From Tubiluchus corallicola (Eukaryota > Animalia > Priapulida), in the NCBI GenBank assembly GCA_030141605.1, contig JAQGDQ010002408.1, forward strand, positions 1 to 64,000: DNA of 64,000 nt, written 5' to 3'. Numbering within the stretch: the stretch's first letter is position 1; every line of letters begins with the position of its first letter. Below the pieces are notes generated by a model. The model was given only the letters and a program-made list of their open reading frames with translations. It had not been told where the DNA came from and did not search any database. The translations under genes were made by a program, and so were the position numbers. This document shows positions 61,011 to 64,000 of the stretch, piece by piece.

Positions 61011-63998
61011 TTATAAGAAAGTAAGTCTTATACCAAAGTTGTAGGTAAATGCTTCTGGATAGCTACTGGGGTCTTTCTCAGGACTGTACGATTGGTAGTT
61101 CATCCAGGTAAATGGGTTGGTTACTGAGGTATATACTCTAAGATTTTTAATTCTATAAGGATTCAACCACTTTTCTGGAAAGGTATAGCCCAATACCATC
61201 GATCTTAATCTAACGTAAGATGAGTTTTCATAGGCACTAATTCTTATGTTAGGGTCTGACGCTTTGTCAGAAGGTCTTGGTGCTGTGTTGGAGGGGTTTT
61301 CAGGTGTCCAATAGTCTCTTTTTATACCGTTTTGCTGCCCTCTTAAATCACCTCCAAGAGTATGTTGGTGTAAATATGGGTTTACTCTTGTTAGATTTTG
61401 AACAGTATAGAGTTCAGCTGAAAAATCAAGATTCTTGTAATTTACATTAAGCACCAGAGAGCCTATCCAATCTGGTACTCTACTCATTGCCACCCTATCA
61501 GCATCTGTTATTTCTCCGTCTCCATTTACGTCTTTCACTTTAATGTCTCCAGGTTTTGCTGTGGGCATGTGCGAATTGAGTATATCGTCGTTTTCTTGCC
61601 ATATTCCATCGAACACAAAATCGTAATAATTGTTAATAGGCTCTCCTACAATACGCCATCCTGTGTTTGAATTTCCATTAGGTATTGTGTCTAATGCACC
61701 ATAGAGCTCTTTTATTTTGTTTCTATTGAGTGTGAAAATTGGCGTAAGTGATATGCGAAGGTCTTTGTTGTCTATAATATGTCCTGTTACAGATAACTCT
61801 ATTCCTTGGTTCTCAACTCTGCCCACGTTCTCTAACATAATGGTATAACCTGTTACTGCATTGATACTTCTGTTTATCAACAAATCAGTAGTTTGAATAT
61901 TGTAATACTCAAAACTTCCTTGCACACGTCCCTTTAATAACCCAAAATCAATACCCGTATTAAGTGTGGTAGAGGTTTCCCATTTTAAGTTGGGATTGGG
62001 TAGTTGATAGTCAGGAGCAAACCCTGATCCCACTTGGTCTCCAAAAACATAATAGTATTCGGTAGATGTTCCAAGGCTTTGGTAGGGGCTAATGGCTTCG
62101 TTACCTGTCTGTCCGTAACTTATTCTTGTTTTTAATTGGCTTAGCCACAAAACGTCTTTCAAAAAATCTTCTTGATGAGCATTCCAGCCTATTGCTGCGG
62201 AAGGGAAGTAGCCCCATTTGTTATTAGCTCCAAAAACAGAAGAAGCGTCTGCTCTTGCTGTAAGTGTTAGTATATACTTGTTGTCATAATTGTATCTTGC
62301 TCTGCCCATAAAGGAAACAAGCCTTCTTTGTGTTTCGTTTCTGCTGATGGTTTGTGTTTCTGCTCCTGCTATACCCTTCCATCCTAATAAGTCGTTGGGA
62401 AATCCGAAAGCATTGTTAGTAGTTTGTCCCCAATAACGTTGGTTGATACTATGTACACCTGTGAAATCCATATGGTGCTTGTTAATTTTTTTATCGTAAG
62501 TAAATATATTTTCTATCAGATATTCACGAGATTCCCCATTGGTATGAGTTGCTTTACCTCCTACAGACCTTCCACTTTGCTCTAATGAGGACTGATAGTT
62601 TCCTGCAGTCTCGTTCCATGTTCTCCAACTAGCATTTAAACGGTATTTTACGTCAAATGGCAGCCTTGCATCAAAAAAGATATTGTAAATTCCCTTATGA
62701 GAAACAGATTCCCTAATAGTTTCTTCAATATTTATGAAGGGGTTGAAATAAGTTCCTTCATCTGTTACAAAAGTTAATAAGTTACCATTGTCATCATATT
62801 TTTTTGATATGGGAGGGAGAGTAAAAACATTACGGTTAAAAGGTTCTCTTTCTCTATATCCTATAAAGTAATAGAAATTGGCTCCCATATCTAGCCAGTT
62901 ATTTACTTTTTGGTCTACATTCAGACGAATGTTGTAGCGGTTGTAATTAGAATTGGGTAGTACACCCTCGTTATCGAAATAACCGAAACTGAAAGCCGCT
63001 TTGGTTAAATCTGTTCCACCTCTTATACTTATATCGTGCTGTGTAACAAGTGTGTTTTTCTGCAAATATTCATCTTCCCAGTCAATAAACTGTCCTGATT
63101 CTAAAACATCTAACATTAAGGAAGTAAATATGTCTTCGTCGGGTATATATCCATTATTGTCTGTTCTAAATGCTTCTCTTCTAAATTGAGCATATTCATC
63201 TCCATTGTATATGTCAAAGTTTCTTTTTACTGCATTCTGAAAACCTACATAGGCGTTGTAACTTACTTCTGCCTTTCCTTCTTTTCCTCTTTTTGTAGTG
63301 ACGAGAATAACACCATTGGAGGCTCTTGCTCCATAAATGGCTTGTGATGATGCGTCTTTTAATACTTCTAATGATTCTATATCTCTGGGGTTTATATCGT
63401 TGAGGCTACTTACAGGCACTCCATCTAAAATAATAAGAGGGTCGTTGCCGCCAGATAAGGAGCTTTGTCCTCGGATAAGAATATTGGATGAACCTCCCGG
63501 CGAGGCGTTATCAACTGTAACTTGCACCCCTGCTGCTCTTCCTCTAAGCATTTCTCCTACGTCGGTAGTGGGTATCTTTTGCATCTCCTCTGCCTCAACA
63601 GATGAAATAGCACTTACTATGTTGCTTCTCGACTGTGTTCCGTATCCTACTACTACCAGCTCGTCCAATAGTAGGGCATCAGTAGATAAATGCACATTGA
63701 TTATTATTCTTCCTTCTACGTTTATTTCTTGGGTCTTGTATCCTATGTATGAGAAAACGAGTACAGGAGACTTTATATTCTCATTTATTCTAATAGTATA
63801 TGATCCATTTATGTCGGAGATTGTACCTATTGAGGTACCCCTTATGGTTATGTTTACTCCCGGTAAAGTTTCATCGTTATTATCTTTGTCAAATACCCTA
63901 CCTGTAATTGTGTATTGCGAGAAAGTACTTGAAAAACAAAAGAAACTAATGATGAAAATATAAAATGCTTTTTTTGCGAATGGTAACATATTGTTCAT
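61011..63998 (-). CDS. susC: SusC/RagA TonB-dependent transporter
   Basis: LDELVVVGYG, PLIILDG, VLKDASSQAIYGARASNGVILVTTK, NPNLKWE. Confidence 0.96.
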   Translation of the reverse strand: MNNMLPFAKKAFYIFIISFFCFSSTFSQYTITGRVFDKDNNDETLPGVNITIRGTSIGTISDINGSYTIRINENIKSPVLVFSYIGYKTQEINVEGRIIINVHLSTDALLLDELVVVGYGTQSRSNIVSAISSVEAEEMQKIPTTDVGEMLRGRAAGVQVTVDNASPGGSSNILIRGQSSLSGGNDPLIILDGVPVSSLNDINPRDIESLEVLKDASSQAIYGARASNGVILVTTKRGKEGKAEVSYNAYVGFQNAVKRNFDIYNGDEYAQFRREAFRTDNNGYIPDEDIFTSLMLDVLESGQFIDWEDEYLQKNTLVTQHDISIRGGTDLTKAAFSFGYFDNEGVLPNSNYNRYNIRLNVDQKVNNWLDMGANFYYFIGYREREPFNRNVFTLPPISKKYDDNGNLLTFVTDEGTYFNPFINIEETIRESVSHKGIYNIFFDARLPFDVKYRLNASWRTWNETAGNYQSSLEQSGRSVGGKATHTNGESREYLIENIFTYDKKINKHHMDFTGVHSINQRYWGQTTNNAFGFPNDLLGWKGIAGAETQTISRNETQRRLVSFMGRARYNYDNKYILTLTARADASSVFGANNKWGYFPSAAIGWNAHQEDFLKDVLWLSQLKTRISYGQTGNEAISPYQSLGTSTEYYYVFGDQVGSGFAPDYQLPNPNLKWETSTTLNTGIDFGLLKGRVQGSFEYYNIQTTDLLINRSINAVTGYTIMLENVGRVENQGIELSVTGHIIDNKDLRISLTPIFTLNRNKIKELYGALDTIPNGNSNTGWRIVGEPINNYYDFVFDGIWQENDDILNSHMPTAKPGDIKVKDVNGDGEITDADRVAMSRVPDWIGSLVLNVNYKNLDFSAELYTVQNLTRVNPYLHQHTLGGDLRGQQNGIKRDYWTPENPSNTAPRPSDKASDPNIRISAYENSSYVRLRSMVLGYTFPEKWLNPYRIKNLRVYTSVTNPFTWMNYQSYSPEKDPSSYPEAFTYNFGIRLTFL

Positions 63999-64000
63999 AA

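Noticed and set aside
34736-63998. Canonical alginate or sulfated glycosaminoglycan PUL
   Set aside because: No PL6, PL7, PL17, kdgF or dehR for alginate, and no sulfatases or PL8/PL12/PL13 for GAGs within the window. The locus may extend upstream, so this is not fully excluded.

Overview
AT-rich genomic window from a Bacteroidota organism, probably an anaerobic Bacteroidales/Marinilabiliales-type draft assembly (SusC/SusD pairs, T9SS-type proteins, TAnnTTTG promoters, one 440-N scaffold gap). Bases 1-34.6 kb are mostly housekeeping and envelope genes: partial ccsBA, dnaN, a TPR/PD40/OmpA protein, kdnB-like, NfeD, lon, GlmU-like, rpmE2, dxs, glyQS, YitT, a DUF5723-like protein with a split lipoprotein, gltBD, rdgB and porZ-like. 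Bases 34.7-64 kb are a roughly 29 kb, co-oriented (minus strand) polysaccharide utilisation locus for a uronic-acid glycan. It contains two SusC/SusD pairs, two paralogous beta-helix proteins that I cannot assign to a family (one lipoprotein, one T9SS cargo with two DNRLRE modules), a PKD-type surface lipoprotein, a GH-A clan GH50-like hydrolase, an SGNH acetylesterase, GH88, two PL38-like lyases that share near-identical end blocks, two GH2 enzymes with the glucuronidase NxKG motif (one frameshifted), and uxuBA. A lacO-like operator sits just downstream of the promoter of the inner susC. I found no CRISPR array, tRNA, rRNA, transposase or phage genes. All family calls are by motif recognition and memory; no database search was run.
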